Assembly (NCBI GenBank): GCA_965235115.1
Contig: OZ249436.1
Coordinates: forward strand, 11,968,001 to 12,032,000
DNA from: Laetmonice hystrix
Lineage: Eukaryota
Length of the DNA: 64,000 nt
Direction of reading: 5' to 3'
Below the pieces are notes generated by a model that worked only from the letters and a program-made list of their open reading frames with translations, did not search any database and had not been told where the DNA came from. The position numbers were made by a program, and so were the translations under genes. Below, one piece after another: positions 26,436 to 38,130 of this stretch (positions within the stretch are counted from its first letter, which is position 1; every line of letters begins with the position of its first letter).

Positions 26436-29023
26436 GTAAGACATGGTGGGATTTACGCATATGGACAATTGGAGAATTGCCATCGTGAAAATGAAGATGC
26501 TTAACATAAGAGTGTTAGTAAGAGTCATACTCAAATTTGAGTTTGAAGCGTAGTCTGTCAGACACTTTGTGTGCTGTCCTGTGAGTAGGACCATCATGAA
26601 AAGTCGTATAGAAGAGATGAAGGAGCAACACGAAATGGATCTGCTCCCTGACTGCAATGCGATTCTAAGTCAGTGTCGGCACACAACTATAATTACATTT
26701 ACTGGGCAACGCTAAGGTCTTTAACACACCAAATGCCACCATTAGCGTGAAAGACCTCCATTATTTATTAAAGAGGTTGTCGGCGAAATTACATGTATTA
26801 CCTTTATGGATCTTTATAGTAGAATTAGTATTGTAGCATAACATGTAGAATATGACAGGTTACTCAAGTACATGTAGTGGTAAATAGTAACAACTGGTGA
26901 AGGGCCTAGTTTGTCTTACCTAGAGTGTAATGAGATAGTTTGTACCAGTCTGGTTAAAACGTAATAATGGATAAATTGTCAGTTCAGTATCAATAACTCA
27001 AAAAGAATCAACCAGTACATAAAAGCAATGCCGCTCTTTTTACGCAATCACGGTAGATTGTTTTTATTGTTTGTGCAGTTATATTGCAGTTTACTCTTTC
27101 CATTATCTATGTAGCTAGTTTTGATATTCAAACTGATAGGACAGAAGCCAATAATGTGGAAAGTGTAGTAGGCTGCTAGCATCACATGAGAAGATAGTTA
27201 CCATGCTTCATCAATCCATTTTATCGTATATTTTCTGTCTTTGCCTGTTCTTCTCAATGTAATATCTTGTGCATGAAACTAAAAAGCGTAATGCAAGGTT
27301 TTCGAGTTGGAGGAGGGAACATTATTTCCTTTCACCCCGGCAATGTGAAGATAAGTTTTCATGTCGTTAGCTTTAGCATTGCGTCAGCTTCTACCCGAAT
27401 CTCCTCCCATTTATCAGTATGTGAACCGGTGTGTTGCTTGGGAAGTAGACAAAATTTGGCCATGCTGAGTCACATGAAGAGTGTTGTACAGTTAGTGAAT
27501 ATCAAAACTGTTTCTTTTTCACACTTCTTTTTAGTTGGTCCCTCCGTTTTCGGGTCAGCAGGTAATGCCAGTTTGGACAGTATTTTAGGACTCCCTCCTG
27601 GCTGCAGCACTAACCCCAAAAGCTTAAACTGTAAGCTTCCGTCCCCTAACCAATCAGCCTGATGTGCCCGACGGCCACCAGGGGGTAGCACGTGAAGGTT
27701 GGCTGAAGACGTGTGGCTCGGCCTTTTGAGGAGTTGACTGGGTAGAAAATAAACTGGTGATCTGGGGGGCTGATTATATCCTGAGTGTGCATCTTCGGAG
27801 TGATGGACACGTTGGTGATGACGCAATATGGGACGTGAGCAGGAGAAATTGTTGGATATTGCGCATGATTTTTTTCATTGTCTGCTCTTTTATAACCATT
27901 GACTAGCCGGCCAAGGCAAGTAACAAGCCTGCATGAGTCCTTGCTTCCTCATAAATTCCCACTATCTCCCTCTCATCCTCCCTTTCTCTCCGTCGCTCTC
28001 CCTGTCTCTTTGATTCTGTTTCTTCCTTGTATTGCTCTCTCACTTTCTGATGCTCTGTCGCGTTTCCACACAACAGTAAGCCCCAGAAACACAGTCCATA
28101 CTAATACTGGTTAATGGAGTTGATGATGATTTCGGATCTGTTCATTTTCAATCTAATTTAAAGAGATGCCTCCTGAATTTTATGTTTTAATGAATGACCT
28201 ATGAGACGGGCTAGTCTGTAACATTTAATGATTAACATTTTGAGTTTCTGAAAATAAGTTCAGTTGAATTTACCTGTTTAACAGTTGAGTTGTTTTATAC
28301 ACTACGGCAACATATTTATGGTTAGGTCAGGTGTACCTTATGTAAACAATACATTCTGAACTGACAAGTAGAAATCTCATGATATGGATATATGTTTATT
28401 GGTTATATTGTTAAATTTAGGTTTATAGAAATCTACCAACCCCTAGATCCCGGGTACCATAGGTTTCTTATGTAGGAGCTCTGTTGAATTTTTTTATTAT
28501 TATTTTTATTGAGGAAGAACTTTTTTTAGGTTAAAATGTTAGATTCAATAGCAGTATTGTAAAATTATGATACAGATTGTAATCTAATTCAGTGAAAGTA
28601 TGATATTAGTTTTTTGTTTATTACTATTTCTTTCGAATGAATGATGTTTTGTGTATTAAAGTTGGTAGTGCTAGGCTTTTCATAATCTATGGATTTCATA
28701 GTGACCCTATCAGACCTAAATTTCCTGCAGATATGTACTGGTAATGTCCTCATCGAGATCTCATTGAGATCCTGCTACATGTATACTCTACACATATGGT
28801 TGCACTGAATACCCAATATAGATTATTATAACCAAACTGAAAGATCATTGCTTGGTATCCTGAACTGGAGCAGTATCGCATCCTTGTCTGTTATAATTTC
28901 ATTACAATAGTTGTACTTGCCAACCTCCCTCCTGTGCCAGTATTTTTAAATTATTAGCACTCGTATCATGAATGCAACCATCTTGTCCATTACTACAACC
29001 GGTATTGTGGATTATCCCTTCAG

Positions 29024-29192
29024 GGCCCAGTTTCAGAAAGGTTAGCATGATCTTAACTTAAGCTCTGCTTAGCCTTTTAGGACCCCTGATTGGCTGGTCT
29101 TCTGCTGCTCAGATTCAACCAGTCAATCAGGGGTCCTAAAAGGCTAAGCAGAGCTAAAGTTAAGGTCATGCTAACCTTTTTGAAACCGGGCC
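29024..29192. mobile_element. Palindromic Harbinger-like MITE, copy A
   Basis: About 75-bp arms GGCCC...GGGCC, about 19-bp spacer, CAG TSD. Confidence 0.88.
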
Positions 29193-29408
29193 CAGGATTC
29201 AGTTTTTATATTGCAAATAACTATTGTTATTACAACACATAGTTAGGTGACAGAGAGAATCCAAGCATTGGCTCTGGCACAAGTGCTGATCAGTGCACAC
29301 TTCTAGGCTGGTGCAGTGATTCAGCATTAGCAGACAGCTAGGCTTTACAGAATTTGCACGTATCACAAGGAATCCTTTTTCTAATCTTTCGTGGCATCTG
29401 CATTCCAG

Positions 29409-29464
29409 GCGTGAGTGTCCGAAACCTACAGGCTTTTCAGGTGCTCCAAACAGTCTTCATCAAG
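29409..29464 (+). CDS. WDFY3: WDFY3 exon 7 (GVSVRNLQAFQVLQTVFIK)
   Basis: ttccag| ... AAG|gtaggt; phase 1->0; read directly, too short for ORF track. Confidence 0.9.
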
Positions 29465-29636
29465 GTAGGTATGAAATAGTGTGTTGTAGTTTCTGGAACC
29501 ATGTAGGAACAAGTGATAAATATAATAATCAGTGAAAAAAGATATTTCAAGAAGTATGTATTACATACCAGAAAGGTTTACAATACATGAAAGTCTCCTG
29601 TTATTGCCTAACCTGCTTTGTATGATCGACCTTCAG

Positions 29637-29783
29637 AGCTCATCAACCCATCTGTGCAGTACCATTCTGGATGTAATCAGCAGCATCTACCACCAGGACA
29701 ACGCCAATTACTTCATCCTTGAACCTCAGTGTACACTCTCCCAGTTCGCTGAGCGCATTCACCTGAAAGCTCCTGAAGTCCAG
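29637..29783 (+). CDS. WDFY3: WDFY3 exon 8 (SSSTHLC...APEVQ)
   Basis: cttcag| ... CAG|gtgagt; phase 0->0. Confidence 0.92.
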
Positions 29784-29888
29784 GTGAGTGTCATTCACGT
29801 CTTTTATAAATTATCAGAATAGAGTGTGAAGCATACCGTTAAGTGAAATTACTTACAAATTTTAATGATGACCATTCTATTTTTTCAG

Positions 29889-29986
29889 TACAAGTTCTTC
29901 GAGATGCTTGAGTTTATTGTCTTCAATCTCAACTACGTGCCCTGCAAGGAACTAATCAGTGTATCAATTCTCATTAAGACAAATTT
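29889..29986 (+). CDS. WDFY3: WDFY3 exon 9 (YKFFEMLEF...PCKELISVSILIKTN)
   Basis: tttcag| ... TT|gtaagt; phase 0->2. Confidence 0.92.
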
Positions 29987-30274
29987 GTAAGTAGCTCATG
30001 CCGATTTTACGACTTAAATATCAAATGATTAATACTCATTTATAAATTTATAATATGAAGTTAGTTTGGAGGGTTTTATGTGTTTCAGTGCAGTTAGCTG
30101 GTGTTTCGACTATTCCATGGTGCAGTCATTGATTTAATAAAATCTTTAGATTGTAAAGCAGTTTAAAGTCTCTAACAGATGGAATTTGAATGAGATTAGT
30201 TATAGTAAAACTAACATACAAATGTATTAGAGTTACAATATATCGCTTGACCTGTGTGTTTGTGGTTGGTTCAG

Positions 30275-30432
30275 GTCAGTTGAGTGTAGCAAGTTGTGCA
30301 TGCGGACTCTACTGAAGATACTGAGGCACCACGCCGTCTACAAGGACGTGTTCCGTGAGGTGGGCCTGCTCGAGGTCATGGTCACGTGTCTGCACCGCTA
30401 CGCTGCACTCCTCAAGGAGCCAGAACGAAGTG
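30275..30432 (+). CDS. WDFY3: WDFY3 exon 10 (SVECSKLC...KDVFREVGLLEV...PERS)
   Basis: gttcag| ... G|gtacgt; phase 2->1. Confidence 0.9.
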
Positions 30433-32969
30433 GTACGTTCAACAAGCTATCCATAGCAATTACAGATTCAGAACACACTAGCCTAAAAACTTATATTACA
30501 TGTGTATGTATGTAAAGGCCTTTGTGTTTTATCTGGAAAAAAACATACATATCTCGTAATAGAAATTCGTGAGGATTTTGCACGAATATGGGAAAGTGAT
30601 TCGGAAAATTGAGGACAAGGTTCTGAATATAAATGAGAAACCTTGATGTATCTTACTTTCCCTTCTAAAGAAAGCTGCAGACACAAAAACTGGTAGTCTT
30701 AAGTCATTTTGCTCACAATAGAATACTGTATTGTTGTCAAGACTAAAAGTTATATCTTGAGGTACATGTATACTCAACCTATTGTATCACGGGACTTATT
30801 TTGGTCTGGGTTACAAAGATTCAATTCCATCTCCATAGCTTTGGTAATGTGGTGGTTCTTTAAAACGTGAAATACCGTTATCTTTCAGGTAGTTCAGACT
30901 AACACTACATCCGAATAATTATGTGCAGACGTTGGACTAGAGAGGATAGTTATTAAAAGGAGGAAAATAAGAAGAGAAACTGGTTTTGTATTATTAATGA
31001 TTACTGACATGAAGAAGCCTTTCAGAGTTCGGCCTTTGCCATGGTGTTAGGAGAGATCGAGTCAGGCCCCATGCTCAGCGTGTGTTCCCTGGATATGAGT
31101 CCAGTCACAGCAAACAAACGGCGAGGTCTGACAGCCCCATATTGCATGTGACCCATGTAATATGTTTTCAGATGGAGGGGATACGGATGGAGATTATTAT
31201 GATGATGATGAGTATGATCCTGAGGTTCCCCAGGGATACATCGTAGGTAAGATGCGTGCAGGTGCTGCTTCACCTTGCAGCCCTGTACACACAATACCCA
31301 CACACAGAATACACACACACGCCGGCCTAGGAAGGTATAATACCGGACCGGACCTGGCTTCTTCTTACAAGGGTGGAGAGTGTTAAGACAATCTGTCCCT
31401 CTCTCTGTCTCTCTCTCATGCTTTGGGAACCCGTTGTCCCTTTCAGATGGTAAGATACCGGTATTTGGTGGCCAAGGGTGATGCTTGACTATGGTGTTGG
31501 TTGGCTCCGGTGAAGCTTCGGACCATTTCCTGAATCATTATAATCTTTTTGATCATGGTGCTATTGAACATCATTTCAGAAATTGGACATTTCTGTTATG
31601 GTAAACAGTTATTTGTATTGCTGGGCATGCAAAATATCTTGCGTCTTTTCTCCTTGAAAAGCAATTTTCCGTTTGTGATTAAAATTTCAGCTAACCTTTT
31701 CACTTTTTTTGTATTTTTTTACAAGTATAAGACATCCTGGTTTATTTTTTGCTGTGTAGGTACTAATCATATTAGTTTTTATTTAAAGTCCGCTGCCTAT
31801 TTGGTCGAATAATTTGCCTGAAAAAGCAGTTGAACTCCTTTGTGAATCATAGGCCTAACAATCAGAAAGACCTGACTGTAGACACTTATATTTCGCAATT
31901 ACTACTTATCCAGTTAACAACAGGTACCATAGTTAGTTGACTTTCCTCGGCCGCATCTACTTTTCTCTCTTTCTATTTATTACTAAAGCCTAAAAGAATT
32001 ACAATGCTTACCTTCTAGTCGCAGGCAGTTCAGTTATTTTCACAACACATACTAACACGATTGCATACATTTGTTAGATTTTAAGTTCATATATTTATAA
32101 ATGATACACTATTTTATATCACAAGAGTAGATTATATGATTTTGCATTTTGTTTAGTCTAAGATTGTTCATCTGTAAAAATAAGGAAAGTGCAGGCCGAA
32201 GATTATCCCACTGGATACCTCTATTGTTTTAAAGAGATTAAACTCGGGTACCTTTGTGTACTTGGCTGTTTTGCACGTTAAATATATGATATTCTACTCA
32301 AATCATGAAGGTCGCAGGGACATGAACTGATTTTTCCGCAGACCAAACAAGTGTGATAACTCTTAGCAACAGTCTGGCTTATTAGTATGATTTGCCTGTT
32401 TCAAGTCCGCATGAGAAACCCTCCCCAGGAATGTAGCATCTGTAGCACGAGCATGCATCTTATATTTTCTTTCCTTTTGCTGCCCCTTATGTTGACATTG
32501 ATTCAGTCATTATTGGACCCATAATCAGCCTGGTTGTTCCCCCGTTCTGTCCATATAATTTGTTTTCAGCAGTGATTCTCCTATATTGTGTCAGAGAGAA
32601 AACGGAGGTAGCAGCCTGTTTGAGACACGCTGTATAATGGTTGTACCAGGTCACCGACTGAGTGTGCTAATGTCCACGACCTATTGACTTTCAGGTGACC
32701 TCATATTATGTGCTGTGGTGTGAATCTTTGGTGGCTCCGAGTCTATTGAAGTATTGTGACCCCATGGTCAATGGTCCTCTGTGGTGCTGGTGGAGAGTAG
32801 GTATCGGCAGTCCCGATGGTGAAGGTGGTGGTGGTGGTCCTCTCCGACGCTCCCTCTGGTGTCGTACATTGCTCCTACCGTCAGTTTGGTATAGTGATGG
32901 TAGCGCTCCCTGGTGGTAGTATGTCAAACTAACAGGATCTTCAATGTTACGTTTTTGTCTTTACTATAG

Positions 32970-33062
32970 ATTCTGCAGACATCCCCGAACCTGAACAGGA
33001 GATGGGATTTTTGGTGATGGAAGCACTCGCTGTACTGCTCAACTCTAACTCTCAGAATGCAG
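32970..33062 (+). CDS. WDFY3: WDFY3 exon 11 (DSADIPEP...LVMEALAVLLNSNSQNA); alternative in-frame acceptor at 32979
   Basis: ctatag| or ctgcag| ... G|gtaaaa; phase 1->1. Confidence 0.85.
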
Positions 33063-33206
33063 GTAAAATAATGTTCTTCAATCTGAGTTGAAATATTTAT
33101 GAACTAAGGCTATATTACTGAATAACTTTCTATAACTTTCTATTCTATTGAAAATAATATTTTAGCCTGTGACAAGCTTTCACTTGTACTGTATGTGCCC
33201 TTTCAG

Positions 33207-33400
33207 GTGTGTTCCAAATGTGTGGGGGTGCCCGGTGTGCCCACAACATGGTACCCTACCCCCAGTGCCGACACCAGGCCCTCAGTATCGTTCAACAACT
33301 CGTCCTCTCTAATGGGGGCGAGGATGATATGGGCACCTTGCTCGGGCTCATGCACACAGCACCAACAACAGCACTGGAACTCAAAACACATATACTCAAG
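33207..33400 (+). CDS. WDFY3: WDFY3 exon 12 (VFQMCGGARCAHN...KTHILK)
   Basis: tttcag| ... AAG|gtattt; phase 1->0. Confidence 0.92.
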
Positions 33401-33604
33401 GTATTTCATATCTCTTTCTGCAGGATTTCTGTGTGAGATAATGTTAAATAAGGTTCATTAAAGGTTTAGCTTGAGGAAATCATTCATTGTATCAGTTGTA
33501 TTATTGAATTTTGTCAGTTGTAATATGCTTTTCTTGAAAGAGTCTGATTACATTGTACTTGCATAATTTTTAGACTTCTTAAATTTGTCTTTATTTCATT
33601 GCAG

Positions 33605-33743
33605 TCATTGTTGAATGTTTTACGAGAAAGTCATCGGACAAGAACCTTGTTCAGAAAGGTTGGAGGGTTTGTGTATGTAATGTCAGTACTTGTCTCCATG
33701 GAAGGCTGCCTGGCTGACCCACCCAAGGCACCGTGGGACACAG
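33605..33743 (+). CDS. WDFY3: WDFY3 exon 13 (SLLNVLRESHRTRT...PWDT)
   Basis: ttgcag| ... G|gttggt; phase 0->1. Confidence 0.92.
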
Positions 33744-34095
33744 GTTGGTCCATCCTTACCAATGTTCAGTTCTGTCTCTCAGTAAACTCTTGTCTCAGTG
33801 CCATAAGGCTTTATATGATAAGAAATCAACAAGACCTGCGAGATGAACTCATGACTAAAGACCTTGTTAGTATGAATTCATAAACTACTGTAATGAAATT
33901 TGATTGTCATTCATCCTCATGGTGACTCCAAAAAAAATCCCAAACTTTGCTGCCTCTTAACTCTGCATCCCTGTATTGAATGTATCAGATTGGGTGTAGT
34001 AGCAGTAAAATTGATTATATTAGAAGGGGAATCAGATCAGACCTTTGTGTGTTCTGTGGTGAAGTATATTATTTGATGTTTGTTATGAACGCCAG

Positions 34096-34196
34096 CCAAG
34101 AGAAAGGATGTCATCACTCTCCTGAAGACTGTCTTCAGCACGCTGACAGTTGCTATGAGATACGAACCAGCCAATGCAAAGTTCTTTGCCACAGAG
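34096..34196 (+). CDS. WDFY3: WDFY3 exon 14 (KRKDVITL...AMRYEPANAKFFATE)
   Basis: cgccag| ... GAG|gtaaga; phase 1->0. Confidence 0.9.
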
Positions 34197-34522
34197 GTAA
34201 GAAATACATGGTGGGATCACTTTGAGGATAGAAAAGCTTTTGTTTAAACCATCAAGCAAATTGCAGCCCTTGACATTGGTTTGATGTATTCATTGGCATG
34301 GAAATACTTAACGTTTTAAAAGTTTGTGATTGTTAGACAGATTATTATAATTAGTCAACAGTAATACTTATTACCGGGATAAGGTTGTGCATGGTCATAC
34401 CTTTCTTACTTTACTCCAGTTTTAACATACCATACATTATTTGTACATGTATTGTTTTATGTGATGAAAGTGTGACTACCCTAAAACTGATTGTGATTTG
34501 TTGGTATATACAACTCTACTAG

Positions 34523-34665
34523 GTCCGCTATGCAAGTTTGACAGAGGCAGTGAGGCTGTTAGGATGCTTTGCAGGCGAGACGGACATTCAGGTCTTGAAA
34601 AAAGGCATGATACCACATGAGGACACTGCACTTACTGAATTCTTTTATAATCTCAAAGAGAGCAG
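34523..34665 (+). CDS. WDFY3: WDFY3 exon 15 (VRYASLTEAVRLLGCF...)
   Basis: tactag| ... AG|gtaaag; phase 0->2. Confidence 0.9.
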
Positions 34666-35012
34666 GTAAAGCAGATTGTGAGCTTAATAACAACATCACT
34701 AAAATCATTAATATATTATGAGACCCTCAAAGTCTTGAACCTGGGGTGACCCCAAGGGTATTTCTTCTTTTTTTTTGGGGGGGGGGAGGTAACAACTTTT
34801 TTTCGGATGGTTGGAAAAACCATGTTTATGCACATTTGGAGGTATGTTAGATAAATATCAGGGACAGGTCCCTTGATTGAGGCTGTTGAGCATAACACAT
34901 AGGAAATCATGATTCTGGTTGCATCTTTAAACACTTTGTCTTTTGATAAATTCTCAGTTTATCAACGTGGATCAAGCTCATAATGTTAACCCTTATGTTG
35001 GTTTTTTTTCAG

Positions 35013-35126
35013 ATTAAAAGCTGACTTTCCACGTAGTCTATTGTCAGCAACATTGATGTTGAGATATCTGTATGATATGGCTCTGGATAATTTTGACAAG
35101 TTCATGTCAGACCTGGAAATGGACAA
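35013..35126 (+). CDS. WDFY3: WDFY3 exon 16 (LKADFP...RYLYDMALDNFDK...)
   Basis: tttcag| ... AA|gtaagt; phase 2->2. Confidence 0.88.
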
Positions 35127-35256
35127 GTAAGTAGATTTATAGAATCTTTTTAGTCTGTTACGACAACATCTCTCACCTTTAACATTGTCCAGGCAATGAA
35201 AGGCCCAGTTTAGTTGCTCTGTGCTTGAACTTGAGATTTTTCCTTCCTTGACACAG

Positions 35257-35515
35257 CGCCCCATGTTACAGTCGACCAGTGGTGACCCAGATAGAAAACA
35301 CTTCACCCAGTATGAAGAGGATATCCTCAGTTCTCGAGACAAGCACTGAACCACACGATCCCCCGCAGCCCCCACATAGCCTGGTGAAACGGAACAGTAC
35401 GGGTAGTCTGACTCTCAACTCCACCCCACCTCCTCCAGAGCCTATCATCGTACACGCTGGAGCAGTCATCTCAATGTTACATCTAGTCCCTGGCATTACC
35501 TGCAGTGATCAACAG
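35257..35515 (+). CDS. WDFY3: WDFY3 exon 17 (APCYSRPV...IIVHAGAV...SDQQ)
   Basis: acacag| ... CAG|gtagtt; phase 2->0. Confidence 0.88.
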
Positions 35516-35735
35516 GTAGTTTAGCTTTCAGGGACATTATTTACAATCGTGGCAATCCATAAACTGGATAATGGTACATTCTTTGCTAATATGGCAAAGA
35601 AGGCAGGTTAAAACAGTAATGTGGGTTGTTTGCAGTATAGAGGACATCAACTATTTAACTAAAGACCAAGTTCAGATTGTGAAATTTTCACTAGAAAGTA
35701 TTCGATTCTCAGGATTCTGGTGTTGCTGATTTCAG

Positions 35736-35950
35736 TTGACTCTGGACCTACAAGCTCACACATGTGAAGTACTCAAGTCCCTGGTACGGAGTGAACGTAA
35801 CCAACAAGTTATGTGTGAGGCTGGTTTGCCGCATGAGTTACTGGCCCATGCAAACGTCACGCTGGCCGATGAGTCTCACCAACTCCACCCACCCATACAG
35901 TATATGTTTGAACGACTCGCTGCCCAATGTCTCACACCCAAGGACCTCAG
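35736..35950 (+). CDS. WDFY3: WDFY3 exon 18 (LTLDLQ...ERNQQVMCEAGL...PKDLR)
   Basis: tttcag| ... AG|gttaat; phase 0->2. Confidence 0.92.
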
Positions 35951-36219
35951 GTTAATAAGGATTCTTTTAACATGATCTCATTTCAGTGTTTAAAAGTCAG
36001 CCAAGCTTCTACTATTCTATGGGTAATTCAAAGATTAAACAAAACTAGATATTTGTTTTAATTTTATGGTAATCGGGATTGTAATTTACTTGCATCATTA
36101 ATGAAACCTCTTGATGAAGTTTAAGATTGTTACATTTTACTGTTTGTGCAAACCAGTAGCAGTTTTGTCATCTGTAAAATTTCCATTGGCAATAATTGTG
36201 TTTATTTGGTATTTTACAG

Positions 36220-36623
36220 GGACTTCCTACGTCTCGCTGACCCTCTTTGTTGTGCAGCAGAAAGTGAAGTAGATGGACAAAATCAATTAGAATCGATTCC
36301 AAACTACCCAACTTTTACCCCAGACAAAGCTCCGCTTTTAGAAAAACGAACAGCTCTGGATATCAGCAAGAAGTTAAAGACCAATGGTGGGGCTGTGCCA
36401 CTAACTCGGGTCAAATGCCTTGTATCCATGACAACACCCCGTGACGTGCGACTCCACGGAGCATCCATAACGCCAGCCTTTGTGGAGTTTGACCTGAGTG
36501 CAGAAGGTTTCGGTTGCCTCTATCTGGCCAGTATAGCACCTCAGGGACCACCAACGCCCTCTGTTGTTGGAGCGGGTATGATCGGTGGATCTGATCCCGG
36601 TGTGGTTGGAGGTATTGGCACTG
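36220..36623 (+). CDS. WDFY3: WDFY3 exon 19 (DFLRLADPLCC...VPLTRVKCLVSMTTP...GGIGT)
   Basis: ttacag| ... G|gtaagc; phase 2->1. Confidence 0.93.
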
Positions 36624-36873
36624 GTAAGCAAAAGTGTTAAATTGTTTCCCAATTTCTAATGTATTTTTAATTTTAAATGATATTTAAACGATTTTAAATG
36701 ATATTTAAACGATTAGTGAGAGTTTGCTGGTTGTTTTGATGACCTACCAGGACACAAAGCTTAGAACTAAACACTTCACACTTTGTCAAAATTTCGATAA
36801 GATTTGAAACATGCTATGGGTGTTGGCAACATTAGTGTCTTCCTTGCTCTAGTCACTGACCTTGTATCCCCAG

Positions 36874-37095
36874 GTGAACGGCTCTTCCCACCACAGTCAG
36901 GCATGACGTTCTCGTCATGGATTTGTGTGGACAAGTTTAGTATGGCTGTTACTGACCCTCACCCTGTACGACTACTGACCGTTGTCAGGAACATCGCCGG
37001 CCGTGACGATAACCTTATATGTCTCAGTGTTCACCTTGCACCACGTGACCGAGCACTGTTTGTGTCTACACAGGAGAAACATATGCCTGCTGCAG
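36874..37095 (+). CDS. WDFY3: WDFY3 exon 20 (ERLFPPQSGMTFSSW...), start of ConA-like region
   Basis: ccccag| ... G|gtgggg; phase 1->1. Confidence 0.9.
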
Positions 37096-37373
37096 GTGGG
37101 GTTCAATCACAGTTAAACACAGCATCGAAATTACTGCATTGATATTTTCAGGGTAGATTTTAAAAGTTTCATTGCACATATATTTTAAAGAATAAAGACA
37201 GGGACAAGCTCATATTGTGAGGTGTAATACGTTTTGTGTTTTTTTTGTCCAGAGAAATATTTTGTCTTAAATTTGGAAGACTTTACGTGAGGACATATGT
37301 TAAGAACGTACAGTATAAATGTAAGAATAGGTAATAGCAAACTTGTGATAACCAAGACGAACTGTAACGGCAG

Positions 37374-37552
37374 GAGGCAGTGACCTGGAGATGGAACCCA
37401 TCCTCAATGATACCAACGTCAGGTTCTGGTGCCCGGAGTTGACCCAGGAAGGACAGTGGCGCCACCTGGTACTCCTTTTTAACAAGGCAGGAATCATGAA
37501 GAACTCCTCGGTCAGCCTCTTTGTGGACGGACAGCACATCAACACCCAAAAG
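37374..37552 (+). CDS. WDFY3: WDFY3 exon 21 (GSDLEMEP...GQWRHLVLLF...VDGQHINTQK)
   Basis: cggcag| ... AAG|gtaagc; phase 1->0. Confidence 0.88.
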
Positions 37553-37578
37553 GTAAGCATGTCATCTTCTGGGTTCTG

Positions 37579-37747
37579 GGCCCGGTTTCAGAAAGGTTAG
37601 CATGATCTTAACTTAAGCTCTGCTTAGCCTTTTAGGACCCCTGATTGGCTGGTTGAAGCTGAGCAGCAGAGGACCAGCCAATCAGAGGTCCTAAAAGGCT
37701 AAGCAGAGCTTAAGTTAAGATCATGCTAACCTTTCTGAAACCGGGCC
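37579..37747. mobile_element. Palindromic Harbinger-like MITE, copy B (inverted relative to copy A)
   Basis: Same arms as 29024-29192; spacer is the reverse complement of copy A's; flanks CTG/CAG. Confidence 0.88.
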
Positions 37748-37901
37748 CAGAACATGAAGTGCACCATACGTCTAGCATCTGATTATATTTGAATTGAATC
37801 CACTAAATTTCTCCTTATTTCTCAGCATTGAGTGATGATAATTCTAGTTGATGCCTCAGGTCCTGGCTGATGTTGTATATCTCTAACCTCGATTCCTCCA
37901 G

Positions 37902-38130
37902 CTCCACTATATCTCCCCAAACCTGGGCAGTGGAGGTACCGCCAGCCCCAACGCTGCTACATCAGTGTTTGCATACATTGGGACACCACCACAGCTGCGT
38001 CGTCTCTCCCGCCTGGTGTGGCGCCAGGGACCTAGTCATCTTCTGGAGGATATCATCTCCACCTCTGCAGTCCAATTCCTCTACCAAATAGGCCCAAATT
38101 ATGTTGGCAGCTTTCAAGCACCAATTGGTG
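37902..38130 (+). CDS. WDFY3: WDFY3 exon 22 (LHYISPN...AYIGTPP...GPNYVGSFQAP)
   Basis: ctccag| ... G|gtaagg; phase 0->1. Confidence 0.92.

Noticed and set aside
31015..31125. Possible 111-nt phase-1 exon (EAFQSSAFAMVLGEIES...NKRR)
   Set aside because: Purine-rich acceptor, weak donor (gtctga), and only 46 nt to the next candidate acceptor.
32695..32927. ORFs and possible exon around GIGSPDGEGGGG
   Set aside because: The good acceptor at 32694 meets a stop in the required phase; the alternative acceptor has no pyrimidine tract.
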